64,000 nt of DNA from an uncultured bacterium (GCA_903826405.1 CAIKEH010000054.1:8027-72026), one strand, 5' to 3'. Counted from the stretch's first letter, positions 49,090 through 59,089 are shown. The notes: generated by a model from the sequence alone, not told the origin. Numbers and translations are program-made.

Positions 49090-49770
49090 ATGCGATTCAC
49101 TTATTACGGCCATTCCTGCTTCAGCGTCTCGATGAAAGGTAAAAAACTGTTATTTGACCCCTTCATCAGCCCGAACGAACAGGCAGCCGCTATTAAAGTG
49201 GATGAACTGAACGCTGATTTTATATTGATCTCACACGGCCATGAAGACCACATAGCAGATGCAGTCAGCATAGCCCAAAGGACCGGCGCTAAAGTGATTG
49301 CGGCCTATGAGATCCACAGTTGGCTGAACGCCCGTGGCGTATCCAACACCCACCCCATGAATACTGGAGGGAAATGGAACTTTGAATTTGGAACGGTCCG
49401 GTGCACCGTCGCCCAACACTCCTCCACTCTTCCGGACGGCAGTAATGGTGGCCAGCCCATGGGATTCCTGATTTCCAGTGAAGACGCCACTTTCTATTAT
49501 AGTGGAGACACTGCATTGACCTTGGACATGCAACTCATACCGGGATGGGGATCCCCTTCAGTTGCCATTTTACCTATAGGCGACAATTTCACCATGGGCT
49601 ATGAAGATGCCGCGGAAGCTGCGATGCTGGTCGGTTGCAAAAAAATAATTGGTGTACATTACGACACTTTTGGGTACATCCGGATCGACCACGACAAGGC
49701 CATCGGACACTTCCGCCAAAAAGGCTTGGAACTGCTGTTGCCGGATATAGGTTCCACCATAGAAGTATAA
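49090..49770 (+). CDS. Metallo-beta-lactamase-fold hydrolase (UPF0173); start moved to MRFTYY
   Basis: YGHSCF, SHGHEDH, HSS, YYSGDT, LPIGD.FTM, HYDTF. Confidence 0.88.
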   Translation: MRFTYYGHSCFSVSMKGKKLLFDPFISPNEQAAAIKVDELNADFILISHGHEDHIADAVSIAQRTGAKVIAAYEIHSWLNARGVSNTHPMNTGGKWNFEFGTVRCTVAQHSSTLPDGSNGGQPMGFLISSEDATFYYSGDTALTLDMQLIPGWGSPSVAILPIGDNFTMGYEDAAEAAMLVGCKKIIGVHYDTFGYIRIDHDKAIGHFRQKGLELLLPDIGSTIEV

Positions 49771-49791
49771 ACAAAACAGTCAGTCCAGAAA

Positions 49792-50604
49792 ATGGCAAGG
49801 ATCATAGGAATAGCCAATCAGAAAGGTGGTGTCGGCAAGACAACGACGGCGATCAATCTCGCCGCGAGTTTAGCGGTGCTGGAATTCAGGACACTTCTCG
49901 TGGATGCTGATCCTCAGGCCAACAGTACCACAGGCGTAGGGTTTGACCTGCATAATGTTCAGCAAAGCCTCTACGATTGCATGGTCAATGAAGGCAAGGC
50001 ACGTGATGTGGTATTGAAAACAGAGATCCCACATCTTCACCTGATACCTTCCCATATCGATCTGGTAGGGGCGGAGATCGAAATGATCAACTACCCCCAG
50101 CGGGAATCCGTACTCAAGAATATCCTCGCCGATGTGAAAGATGATTACGATTTCATCGTGATCGATTGCTCTCCTTCTTTAGGCCTCATCACCGTCAACG
50201 CCCTCGTAGCCGCGGACAGCGTAGTGGTTCCCGTACAATCGGAATTTTTCGCCCTTGAAGGGCTGGGTAAACTGTTGAACACGATCAAGATCGTGCAGAG
50301 CAGACTCAACACGAATCTGGTCATAGAAGGCATCCTCATGACGATGTATGATGGACGCCTAAGGCTCTGCAATCAAGTGGTCAGTGAGGTTCGCCGCCAC
50401 TTCGAGGATATGGTTTTCGACACCATCATTCACAGAAATACCCGATTGAGTGAAGCGCCCAGTGTGGGAAAACCGGTAGTACTCTATGATGCGGACAGCA
50501 AGGGTTCCATAAACTACCTGAATCTGGCCAAAGAGATCCTTCAACGAAACAACATGACCAGGATCCCTCAGTCAGAACGTACACTAACCATCGACAACCC
50601 ATGA
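49792..50604 (+). CDS. parA: Chromosome partitioning ATPase ParA/Soj
   Basis: NQKGGVGKTTT, DADPQAN, IDCSPSLG. Confidence 0.95.
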   Translation: MARIIGIANQKGGVGKTTTAINLAASLAVLEFRTLLVDADPQANSTTGVGFDLHNVQQSLYDCMVNEGKARDVVLKTEIPHLHLIPSHIDLVGAEIEMINYPQRESVLKNILADVKDDYDFIVIDCSPSLGLITVNALVAADSVVVPVQSEFFALEGLGKLLNTIKIVQSRLNTNLVIEGILMTMYDGRLRLCNQVVSEVRRHFEDMVFDTIIHRNTRLSEAPSVGKPVVLYDADSKGSINYLNLAKEILQRNNMTRIPQSERTLTIDNP

Positions 50605-51527
50605 GCAATCCAACCAATAAGAAAGAAGCCCTTGGCAAGGGGATAAGGTCACTGTTGGGCAGTATTGATACGGATATCAAGAGCTTGACCCCCGGCACAG
50701 GAACACTACCGATCGGGCAATTGGAAAAATCCACCTCCATCAACAGGGTTCCGATCGACCAGATAGAAGTCAATCCGAAACAACCGAGGCAGGATTTCGA
50801 TGAAGCCACTTTGAAGGAACTGGCCGCCTCGATTCGCAACCACGATATCATCCAACCCCTCACTGTTGCTCGCATATCTCCTAATAGATACAGACTCATT
50901 TCCGGAGAACGTCGCCTGCGTGCTTCCAAATTGGCGGGCCTGAAAGACCTCCCTGTTTATGTGCGTGAAGTCAACGACCAGCAACTGCTCGAAATGGCCC
51001 TCCTGGAGAACCTTCAAAGGCAGGATCTCAACTCTATTGAGATCGGCCTCAGTTATAAACGCCTGATGGATGAATGCAGTCTTACGCAGGAGCAGGTTGC
51101 CGAAAGAATGGGCAAGGAAAGAAGCACAGTGACCAATTATATCCGCCTGCTCAAACTACCACCCAGTATAGTCGTGGCAGTTCGGAGCGGTAGTTTGTCC
51201 ATGGGTCATGCACGTGCACTGGTCAATGTGGATGCAGTTGACTTGCAACTTCACATCTTTCAGGAGATCTTGAACAAAGGCCTTTCCGTTCGTCAAACCG
51301 AGGACCTTGTCCGGAAACTCTACAAATCGGATAAACCCGTTAAAAAAACGCAAAAAACTCCTGCAGCACCCGCTTTCAAAAGGATCGAGGATAAATTAGC
51401 ATCCCATTTCGGGACCAAGGTCAGATTAAACCACCAGAAAAAAGGGCATGGTCAGATCATGATCGAGTACTATTCTCTCGAAGAACTCAACGGCCTGCTG
51501 GACAAAATGCAGGTTTCCGCTGACTGA
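50601..51527 (+). CDS. parB: Chromosome partitioning protein ParB/Spo0J
   Basis: LGKGIRSL, QPRQDF, ISGERRLRA, LLENLQR, HTH region. Confidence 0.95.
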   Translation: MSNPTNKKEALGKGIRSLLGSIDTDIKSLTPGTGTLPIGQLEKSTSINRVPIDQIEVNPKQPRQDFDEATLKELAASIRNHDIIQPLTVARISPNRYRLISGERRLRASKLAGLKDLPVYVREVNDQQLLEMALLENLQRQDLNSIEIGLSYKRLMDECSLTQEQVAERMGKERSTVTNYIRLLKLPPSIVVAVRSGSLSMGHARALVNVDAVDLQLHIFQEILNKGLSVRQTEDLVRKLYKSDKPVKKTQKTPAAPAFKRIEDKLASHFGTKVRLNHQKKGHGQIMIEYYSLEELNGLLDKMQVSAD

Positions 51528-51530
51528 AAA

Positions 51531-52193
51531 ATGACAAACAGGCTCATCACCTACATCCTCATCTGCACCACCACCCTTTCACTGTTGCACTGCATCAGTC
51601 AGGCGCAATCCAATAACAAGGAGACCATCAACCCTACCCCAGGTCAGGAGCATTTGGATAAGAAAGTCTCCGACACTGCACATCATAAAGCTAGATCTGA
51701 ACCTTCTAAAGCAGCGCTTAGGTCGGCCATAATCCCCGGATGGGGGCAAGCTTACAATAAAAAATATTGGAAGATCCCGATCGTATACGCTGCTCTTGCC
51801 GTGCCGGCATATACTTTCGTAGATAATTTGAACTGGTATAAGAAAACCCGTGACGCCTACCGCATCCGATATTACAATGACACATCCACCGTTACTGAAC
51901 TGCCTACTGATGCGATCGACCCCCGGCTGAAACCGTTGAGCACCCCATCCCTGAAGCTTTACCGCAACGAGTTCAGGAAGAACGTCGACTTTTCCGTGCT
52001 GGCTTTTCTGCTGATCTGGGGGCTCAATGTAGTGGACGCAACTGTTGACGCACACCTCAGGTCATTCAATGTCACGGACGACCTCTCTCTCAGAATCAAG
52101 CCCTTTTACTCGCCAGTGGCTAAAAGCACAGGGTTGAGTTTCGTGCTCGATTTTGGTAAGAATTCGCCCTCGAGGTCGGTCATTACACGTTAA
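51531..52193 (+). CDS. DUF5683-like membrane protein
   Basis: SAIIPGWGQAYNKKYWKIP, NVVDATVDAHL; usual position between parB and dapB in Bacteroidota. Confidence 0.75.
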   Translation: MTNRLITYILICTTTLSLLHCISQAQSNNKETINPTPGQEHLDKKVSDTAHHKARSEPSKAALRSAIIPGWGQAYNKKYWKIPIVYAALAVPAYTFVDNLNWYKKTRDAYRIRYYNDTSTVTELPTDAIDPRLKPLSTPSLKLYRNEFRKNVDFSVLAFLLIWGLNVVDATVDAHLRSFNVTDDLSLRIKPFYSPVAKSTGLSFVLDFGKNSPSRSVITR

Positions 52194-52228
52194 TTTGCAA
52201 TCCAATCAGTCACACATAACTTCAGAAA

Positions 52229-52945
52229 ATGAGGATAGCATTGGTCGGCTATGGGAAAATGGGCAAGATAATCGAACAGGTCGCCGTGTCCCGAGGCCAT
52301 GAGATCGTACTCAAGATCGACATCAACAATGCCGCCGACCTTGTTCCAGAAAAATTAAAGAACGCCGACCTGGCCATCGAATTCACTGGTCCACATAGTG
52401 CCTTCGACAACGTGATGAAATGTCTCGGTTCGGGCATAGCCACGGTTTGTGGCTCAACGGGATGGTTGGAAAGGCTCCCTGAGGCGGAAGAACATTGCAG
52501 AAACCATGGCGGAACTTTCCTGTATGCCAGCAATTTCAGTGTTGGGGTGAATATCTTTTTTGAGGTCAATAAACGCCTTGCACAATTGATGTCTGGCCAC
52601 CCTGAATATACCGTCAGTTTGAAAGAGATCCACCACACCCAGAAAAAGGATGCCCCAAGTGGAACAGCCATTACTTTGGCTGAACAGGTGATCGAGTTGA
52701 TACCTTCACGGAATGGATGGATCAATCAGGAAACATCTGATCCAGAGATATTGGGAATAGTCAGCGAACGGACCGACCCAGCCCCTGGAACACATCATGT
52801 GAAATACAGCTCGGTCATTGACGATATTGAGATCATCCATACCGCCCATAGCCGAAACGGCTTCGCACTCGGGGCAGTCCTGGCCGCCGAATACATCTTC
52901 GGCAGGAAAGGCATTTTCAGCATGCACGACGTACTGGGAATTTGA
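52229..52945 (+). CDS. dapB: 4-hydroxy-tetrahydrodipicolinate reductase
   Basis: GYGKMG, GSTGW, NFSVG, EIHHTQKKDAPSGTA. Confidence 0.96.
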   Translation: MRIALVGYGKMGKIIEQVAVSRGHEIVLKIDINNAADLVPEKLKNADLAIEFTGPHSAFDNVMKCLGSGIATVCGSTGWLERLPEAEEHCRNHGGTFLYASNFSVGVNIFFEVNKRLAQLMSGHPEYTVSLKEIHHTQKKDAPSGTAITLAEQVIELIPSRNGWINQETSDPEILGIVSERTDPAPGTHHVKYSSVIDDIEIIHTAHSRNGFALGAVLAAEYIFGRKGIFSMHDVLGI

Positions 52946-53000
52946 TCAACTACCTCCCAATTCCGAAAATTCCCGAACTTCATGACATCAACGGATTCCC

Positions 53001-53411
53001 ATGCTCAACAAAAAGACCCAATATGCATTCAAAGCTCTGATGTACCTGAGCGAGCAACAGGACAAAGAGCCTGTGCTCATCGCCGAGATCGCCAAAAAGA
53101 AAAAGATCCCCCTGAAATTCCTGGAGAATATCCTGCTTGAATTGAAGAAGGACGGCATCCTGGACAGCAAGAAAGGAAAAGGAGGAGGGTACTATCTGAG
53201 AATGCCTGCCAATAAGATCCCCTTGGCCCGAATCATCCGGAAGATCGATGGCCCCATTGCCATGCTTCCCTGTGTCAGCCTATACTTCTACGAACGATGC
53301 AAGAATTGCGACGAAGCTCATTGTGGACTTCACGATACGATGATCCTGGTTCGTGACGCCACTTTGAAGATCCTGGAGAAGAAAACCGTAGCAGACCTGG
53401 CAACTCTATAA
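53001..53411 (+). CDS. Rrf2 family transcriptional regulator
   Basis: FLENILL.LK..G...S.KG.GGGY; C-terminal Cys cluster PCV...RCKNC....C. Confidence 0.88.
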   Translation: MLNKKTQYAFKALMYLSEQQDKEPVLIAEIAKKKKIPLKFLENILLELKKDGILDSKKGKGGGYYLRMPANKIPLARIIRKIDGPIAMLPCVSLYFYERCKNCDEAHCGLHDTMILVRDATLKILEKKTVADLATL

Positions 53412-53447
53412 TTTCTTTTAGTCCGTATTCACAGAATCAAAAGTCCC

Positions 53448-53918
53448 ATGGCTGAAGATCTTCACATCATCACAGGTTCGAAGTCTGCACAGTATGAAGC
53501 CCTTTTCCCTCAGATCAAAGCCCTGCTTGCGGGAGAGTCCGATCTCACCGCAAATCTTGCCAATATTGCGGCAGCCTTGAAAGAACAATTCCTTTGGTGG
53601 TGGGTGGGTTTCTATTTGGTAAAAGGTGAAGAACTGGTACTTGGTCCTTTTCAGGGGCCAGTTGCCTGTACCCGAATACGCAAGGGACGCGGCGTCTGCG
53701 GCAGCAGTTGGGCAGAGGGAAAAACACTGATCGTTCCCGACGTGGAGAAATTCCCCGGACATATCGCCTGCAGCAGCCTCTCGCGCAGCGAGATCGTCGT
53801 ACCCTTGTTCCGCGACGGCATAGTCTGGGGCGTACTGGATGTGGATAGCGAACACCCGGACCACTATGACGAGATTGATCGGGAGTGGTTGGAGAAGATC
53901 GTTGCCCTTCTGGGCTGA
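53448..53918 (+). CDS. msrC: GAF-domain free methionine-(R)-sulfoxide reductase (fRMsr-like)
   Basis: WVGFY, LGPFQGPVAC, GRGVCG, HIACS, SEIVVP, VLDVDS. Confidence 0.85.
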   Translation: MAEDLHIITGSKSAQYEALFPQIKALLAGESDLTANLANIAAALKEQFLWWWVGFYLVKGEELVLGPFQGPVACTRIRKGRGVCGSSWAEGKTLIVPDVEKFPGHIACSSLSRSEIVVPLFRDGIVWGVLDVDSEHPDHYDEIDREWLEKIVALLG

Positions 53919-53966
53919 GTCACCAGTCACCAATCAGCAGTCAGTAACCCATAACTCATAACTCCT
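53918..53966. repeat. Array of seven degenerate heptamers
   Basis: agtcacc agtcacc aatcagc agtcagt aacccat aactcat aactcct. Confidence 0.7.
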
Positions 53967-53970
53967 ATCC

Positions 53971-54495
53971 ATGACCATCCTCTATTTCCTCCTCGGCCTC
54001 ATCGTGTCTCTGCTCGTCATCGCCGCTTTCGTCGGCACGGCATGGACCATCGAACGCAGCATCGACATCAACGCATCCGCCAGCAAGGTCTGGGAACAGC
54101 TGGGCACGCTGCGCGCCCTGAACGCCTGGAACCCCTGGAGTTCCAAGGACCCCAATGTCAAACTCACTTTCAAAGGACAGGATGGCGCGGTCGGCTCCAG
54201 TTACGACTGGGACAGCACGGATAAGACCGTCGGGGCTGGCACACAAACCATCCTGGCAACGGACGCACCCCGTGAGCTCCAAACCCGCGTCGATTTCCTG
54301 CGTCCGTTCAAAGGCACAGGCAAATCCTGGCTGAAACTGAATGAAAACAACGGAAAGACCACCGTCTACTGGGGCATGGCCTCCTCCACCCCCTACCCGA
54401 TGAACATCATCAAACTGTTCGGGATGATCGAAAAGAACATGGACAAGGCTTTCAGTGAGGGGCTGGGAGAGTTGAAGAGAAGGTCGGAAGCTTGA
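53971..54495 (+). CDS. SRPBCC/START-fold protein with N-terminal TM anchor
   Basis: IERSIDINA, WNPW...DP, G.VG..Y.W, GAGTQ, FSEGLGELK. Confidence 0.8.
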   Translation: MTILYFLLGLIVSLLVIAAFVGTAWTIERSIDINASASKVWEQLGTLRALNAWNPWSSKDPNVKLTFKGQDGAVGSSYDWDSTDKTVGAGTQTILATDAPRELQTRVDFLRPFKGTGKSWLKLNENNGKTTVYWGMASSTPYPMNIIKLFGMIEKNMDKAFSEGLGELKRRSEA

Positions 54496-54616
54496 ATGGG
54501 TTTTAGGTTTTAGGTTGAGCCAATACCAAAATGCGTTGATCAAATCTCAAGGCATCTATTCGAATCAATCTCATATAAAGGAACCTAAAACCTATAACTT
54601 ATAACCAACAACTTAC
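54496..54616. repeat. Inverted heptamer arrays in the convergent spacer
   Basis: atgggtt ttaggtt ttaggtt (54496-54516) facing aacctaa aacctat aacttat aaccaac aacttac (54582-54616). Confidence 0.7.
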
Positions 54617-55857
54617 AACAACTCCCTTATCGTCGCCTCGAAATCCTGCTTGTATCTCTCATAATACTCCCCCGTCGCAGGGCCGAAGAAATCATTCGCT
54701 ATCTTTTTGACCTGACCGTCTTTGCCCACGAAAATGGTGGTTGGGAAAGTCTTTATCGGTGTCAATTGTGGCAATGTCTTCTCCGTCTTCAAACTGTCGC
54801 CGACATTGACGCCGGTGACTAAAATGGGATAATCCATGGCAAAACGTTCCTGAAATTTCCTGAGTGAACGCACCGAACGGGCGAAGTCCGAGGAATATTC
54901 ATATGCCAGGGCGATCATCTCCACTCCCCGCTGCCTGTTCAATTTATAGTATTGCGACAGATATGCCGTTTCATCCACACAATTCGGACACCAGGAACCC
55001 ATGATCTGGATCACCACCACCTTTCCTTTGAATCGCTCATCGTTGATCGAAACGAGGTTACTGTCCAGATCAGGAAATCGAAAATCCAGTCTGGACTCTC
55101 CTGGTCTCAAATGTGCCGCAGTTTCCTCCAGGTCCACCGAAGCTTTGGCGTCACGCACTGCGGACCAGGTCCGTTTGGCGATGGCACCAGCTATGAATTT
55201 CCCATCTACTATCGTGCTCGCATTGAGGATATGGGCACTGAAAAAATAGGCATGGCTTCCGTCGAAAGTGGACAAAAGAAGGGAATCCCCGGTAACGATC
55301 CCTTCGAGGTATCTGAAATCGCCGGAATTGATGACAAATGATCCTGTGATCTTATTTGCCTTTTGCCTGAGTTGCAGGATAGCTTCTTCTTTGGATCCAT
55401 CTGGCGAAATGATCTCCGATCTCCATTTCCCCTGGATGTCATAACAAGCCTTACCCTTTGAAGCAGAGAATCTTGCGCCACCCTTAGGAACTGCGACAAA
55501 TGGAACGATCAGTTCCTTCGTCGATGTGCCTTTACGCCAGATCCCGGTCAGAGTCCCATCTTTTTGCCTGCACCCTTCAAAAGCCGATTCAAAAAACGGC
55601 ATCTCCACGAAAATGGAATCTGCTCTTTCGAGAATGTTCCGAGCCTCCAGTCTTTCCCCTGCATTCAGAAAATACCAAACTGTCCTTCCCTTATCCCGGC
55701 GTTCCTCGATCTGGAACACCACACGATTGGAGTCAGCACGAATCAGCTCAGCTCGGTAAATATGTACTCCAACAGCAGATTTCTTTTGTGCATGAACAGA
55801 TAGACGAATCGTGATCAGGGCAAATAATGTTAGGACCAGTAAAGGAAATTTTTTCAT
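54613..55857 (-). CDS. Exported TlpA/ResA-like thiol-disulfide oxidoreductase; start moved to MKKFPLL
   Basis: Signal peptide; GSWCPNC CxxC; TFPTTIFVGKDG. Confidence 0.85.
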   Translation of the reverse strand: MKKFPLLVLTLFALITIRLSVHAQKKSAVGVHIYRAELIRADSNRVVFQIEERRDKGRTVWYFLNAGERLEARNILERADSIFVEMPFFESAFEGCRQKDGTLTGIWRKGTSTKELIVPFVAVPKGGARFSASKGKACYDIQGKWRSEIISPDGSKEEAILQLRQKANKITGSFVINSGDFRYLEGIVTGDSLLLSTFDGSHAYFFSAHILNASTIVDGKFIAGAIAKRTWSAVRDAKASVDLEETAAHLRPGESRLDFRFPDLDSNLVSINDERFKGKVVVIQIMGSWCPNCVDETAYLSQYYKLNRQRGVEMIALAYEYSSDFARSVRSLRKFQERFAMDYPILVTGVNVGDSLKTEKTLPQLTPIKTFPTTIFVGKDGQVKKIANDFFGPATGEYYERYKQDFEATIRELL

Positions 55858-55862
55858 GTCGG

Positions 55863-55870
55863 CAAAAATA
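55863..55870 (-). promoter_or_regulatory. -7 promoter element directly upstream of the TlpA-like start
   Basis: caaaaata on + strand; 5 nt from ATG. Confidence 0.45.
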
Positions 55871-55940
55871 TGCATTTGCCCAATGACGAGCAGCTCCTGT
55901 GGAAAATAGTCTTGTAAATAAGTAGACTTTAGGATCGTTT

Positions 55941-56894
55941 TCAGGAATGGGAAAGGGTCATATTGTCTAGCATGTGCTTGGTCATGCGGGACAGATCGAA
56001 TTCCGGCTTCCAGTTCCAGTCCGCGCGAGCCCTGCTGTCGTCGATACTGCTAGGCCAACTGTCGGCAATGGCCTGACGGGAATCCGGAACATATTCGATC
56101 TGAAAACCCGGTCGATATCGGGATATCTCAACGGCGATCTCCCGTGGTGAAAAACTCATGCCTGAGATATTATAGGATGTCCGCACGGTGATCTGTGAAG
56201 GGGGTGCTTCCATGAGTTCGATGGTCGCCCGGATGGCATCAGGCATGTACATCATGGGCAGATAGGTATCTTCTTTGAGATAAGAAACATACTTGTTCTC
56301 TGCTATCGCATCCTGGAAAATCTCCACGGCATAATCCGTGGTGCCTCCGCCTGGATCCGATTTATAACTGATCAGACCGGGATATCGTAGGCTACGAACA
56401 TCAATTCCGTAACGCTGATGATAATAATTGCACCAGAACTCCCCTGCGAATTTGCTGATACCATATACGGTGGAAGGTTCAATGACGGTTTGCTGTGGAC
56501 AATTTTCCTTTGGTGATGAAGGCCCGAAAACGGCGATACTGCTGGGCCAATAGACCTTGGTGATCTTTTCTTCCCGGGATATGTCGAGCACGTTAAGCAG
56601 ACTTTGCATATTGAGACTCCACGCCAGTGAGGGATTCTTTTCCCCAGTTGCAGACAGGATTGCTGCCAGAAGATAGATCTGGGTGATGTTCTGACGAAGC
56701 ACCAGTACATGCAGCATCTCTTTATTCATGACATCAAGCGACACATAAGGTCCCGTGCCCTTCAGCAATTCATTCTCTTCTCTGAGATCGGCAGCCAAAA
56801 CTTTTGAGCCGCCGTGTATTTTCCGGAGTGCCAGGGTGAGTTCTACCCCGATCTGCCCGCAGGCTCCGATGATGAGTATCTTTTCTTTTGTCAT
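55941..56894 (-). CDS. Extended-SDR L-threonine 3-dehydrogenase-like epimerase/dehydratase
   Basis: GACGQIG, LAAILSA.GE, PSSIAVFG, YGISK, GGGTTDY. Confidence 0.85.
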   Translation of the reverse strand: MTKEKILIIGACGQIGVELTLALRKIHGGSKVLAADLREENELLKGTGPYVSLDVMNKEMLHVLVLRQNITQIYLLAAILSATGEKNPSLAWSLNMQSLLNVLDISREEKITKVYWPSSIAVFGPSSPKENCPQQTVIEPSTVYGISKFAGEFWCNYYHQRYGIDVRSLRYPGLISYKSDPGGGTTDYAVEIFQDAIAENKYVSYLKEDTYLPMMYMPDAIRATIELMEAPPSQITVRTSYNISGMSFSPREIAVEISRYRPGFQIEYVPDSRQAIADSWPSSIDDSRARADWNWKPEFDLSRMTKHMLDNMTLSHS

Positions 56895-56991
56895 GGTTTT
56901 TTGCTTTGCTGAACAAACCTAAGCAAATCCACTTTATGGCAGATCCGACCTGAAAAGTGGATCCTTCAATTACCCTGAAAACACTATCCCC

Positions 56992-56999
56992 TACCTTTG
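56992..56999 (+). promoter_or_regulatory. -7 promoter element directly upstream of kdsA
   Basis: tacctttg; 4 nt from ATG. Confidence 0.5.
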
Positions 57000-57003
57000 C
57001 AGG

Positions 57004-57825
57004 ATGCAGCCATTTCTGAAAGAACTGTTCTCCGGGCAGTCGTACGATGAAAAACAATTCTTCCTCATCGCCGGCCCTTGTGTCATTGAGGGAGAAGAAT
57101 TGCTGAACGAGGTTGCCGAACACGTCTCCGAAACCTGCAAAAAGCTAGGCGTACCCCTGGTATTCAAATCATCATACCGGAAAGCAAACCGGACAAGTGC
57201 TGCTTCATTCACCGGTCTGGGAGATGAATTAGGTCTGAACCTGCTTAAAAAAACGGCTGAGCAGTACAGTTTGCCCTGCACCACCGATATTCATGCACAC
57301 GAGGAAGCGGACTTGGCTGCACCATTTGTAGATATTCTGCAAATTCCCGCCTTCCTATGCAGGCAGACCGACCTGTTGGTGGCAGCGGCAAGAACAGGAA
57401 AGATCGTAAATGTCAAAAAGGGGCAGTTCGTCAGCGGAGAAGCCATGAAATTCGCAGTAGAAAAGTTGAGAAAGGCGGGTAATGAAAAGATCATTCTAAC
57501 GGAAAGGGGCACCACCTTCGGCTATAATGATCTTATTGTCGACTACAGGAACATCCCCATCATGAAGTCGTTTGGGGTCCCCGTTGTCATGGATTGTACA
57601 CATGCCCTGCAGCAACCCAACCAATCCAGTGGAGTAACAGGAGGTAATCCTGAGATGATCGGTACCATTGCCAAAGCAGCCATTGCCGCCGGAGCAGATG
57701 GGCTCTTCATTGAAACTCATCCAAGGCCATCAGAGGCAAAAAGTGATGGGGCTAATATGCTGAAAATGGACCTTTTGGAGCCATTGATAAAACAATTACT
57801 TAAGATAAAATCCGCCATTAACTGA
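57004..57825 (+). CDS. kdsA: KDO 8-phosphate synthase
   Basis: IAGPCVIE, KSSYRKANRTS, QIPAFLCRQTD, NVKKGQF, ERG.TFGY, FIETHP. Confidence 0.97.
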   Translation: MQPFLKELFSGQSYDEKQFFLIAGPCVIEGEELLNEVAEHVSETCKKLGVPLVFKSSYRKANRTSAASFTGLGDELGLNLLKKTAEQYSLPCTTDIHAHEEADLAAPFVDILQIPAFLCRQTDLLVAAARTGKIVNVKKGQFVSGEAMKFAVEKLRKAGNEKIILTERGTTFGYNDLIVDYRNIPIMKSFGVPVVMDCTHALQQPNQSSGVTGGNPEMIGTIAKAAIAAGADGLFIETHPRPSEAKSDGANMLKMDLLEPLIKQLLKIKSAIN

Positions 57826-57927
57826 TCGACCCGAAACACAAAAGTCTACTGCCACAAATACCTACTGGTCAATTAAAAATAATCTTTACCTCTACTTTTT
57901 TTCGAATAATCGCTTTAAAAAATATTA

Positions 57928-57961
57928 AAAAAAATGGCCCTTTGATAAGGGCCATTTTTTT
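57928..57961. terminator. Bidirectional intrinsic terminator
   Basis: aaaaaaatggccctt-tgat-aagggccattttttt. Confidence 0.75.
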
Positions 57962-58373
57962 GCTCAGGAAAGGAGAACTCCTTTCTAAAAAATTTAAAAT
58001 GTGATTTTCTAGGCAGCGCACATAGGATAACTGAGCGTTAAAAACGGGACCAAACAATCACCAAACCTTGGAAAAAGGTGGGACCGACAGCGTAGTTATC
58101 CGGCCAGAATCATCCTGCCAGCAAAGTACATGACAGGGAACGGCGCGGGATGTTCAAAAGGTCTGGATCGAGAGTTCTCCAAGAACCCGGAAGATTCCAG
58201 GGAAAAAGAAAAAAGAGGAAAATGGATATCGGATAAAAAGCCTTGCCCTTTTTCCTCTAGGTATTCAAAGGATTTATTAGATACATAAATATCGTTCTAA
58301 AAATCAAGTAACCAGAAATAAAATCAATTATTCCGAAAAAATATCAGAGAACATTTTCATCTTGAACAGTTCG

Positions 58374-59015
58374 TTACACGAATGGAAGCCTTAACACCAA
58401 AATGTAAAGCATCCCAAAACCTTTTTTAACTGCATGCGAGAAATGACTCAGACTCGTATACCACATCTCGATCCCGATCTCCTTTAAGGTTCTTCCTTCT
58501 TCCAACAAAAGTTCAAGGGTTCGGGACTTCCTCAACAGCTGAAAATCTTCAGAGGTGCAGCCCGTAAATATCATTCAACTGTCACTTTAATCCAGGTAGA
58601 GTAATATCCACATTTTCAGACAACTGGATGATGATTGAAATTGGCGAACCGCTCCTTGTCCATTCCGCTTCATCCGGCATGAGCCCATCACTCTCTTCAA
58701 GGTTGATGCGAATGTTTAGAGTGAGTAAGTACATCTGCTGATACATTCAAGAGAAAAATGAGTGATGATTGGAGAAACTATTCTTGTCCTTAATGAAGGT
58801 AAAGGTGCGAGCGACCTTCGCTGCATCGATACCAAATACGAAGAAAGCCTCAACGATCCGCAGCTGCTGGATCCGGATCTCAGCATACAGCAGGTTCTAC
58901 CCATGAACAATTTTAGACCCCTGGACCATTTCATGGCCCAGAGAAATTCTTTATCCACCCGTTCCTGTATCATGAGGATGTCAATCTCAACAACCATACC
59001 CACTTTTCCGGACAT
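58374..59015 (-). pseudogene. Decayed AraC/XylS-family regulator
   Basis: C-terminal HTH ELLLEEGRTLKEIGIEMWYTSLSHFSHAVKKGFG; an upstream frame reads NLLYAEIRIQQL...PISIIIQLSENVDITLPGLK*QLNDIYG with in-frame stops and frameshifts. Confidence 0.6.
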
Positions 59016-59089
59016 GTCGGCAAGGATGTATCGAAAATCAGTTCTTTGAAATCTCAGTGCGATTACAAGCAGAAGTCAACAACATATGA

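Noticed and set aside
49792-51527. parAB as a sign of a plasmid or prophage
   Set aside because: Chromosomal context (hydrolase-parA-parB-DUF5683-dapB) typical of Bacteroidota; no rep, integrase or phage genes.
53418-54543. Antisense ORFs (171 and 192 aa) over msrC and the SRPBCC gene
   Set aside because: They mirror confident + strand genes; the GC-rich sequence explains the lack of stops.
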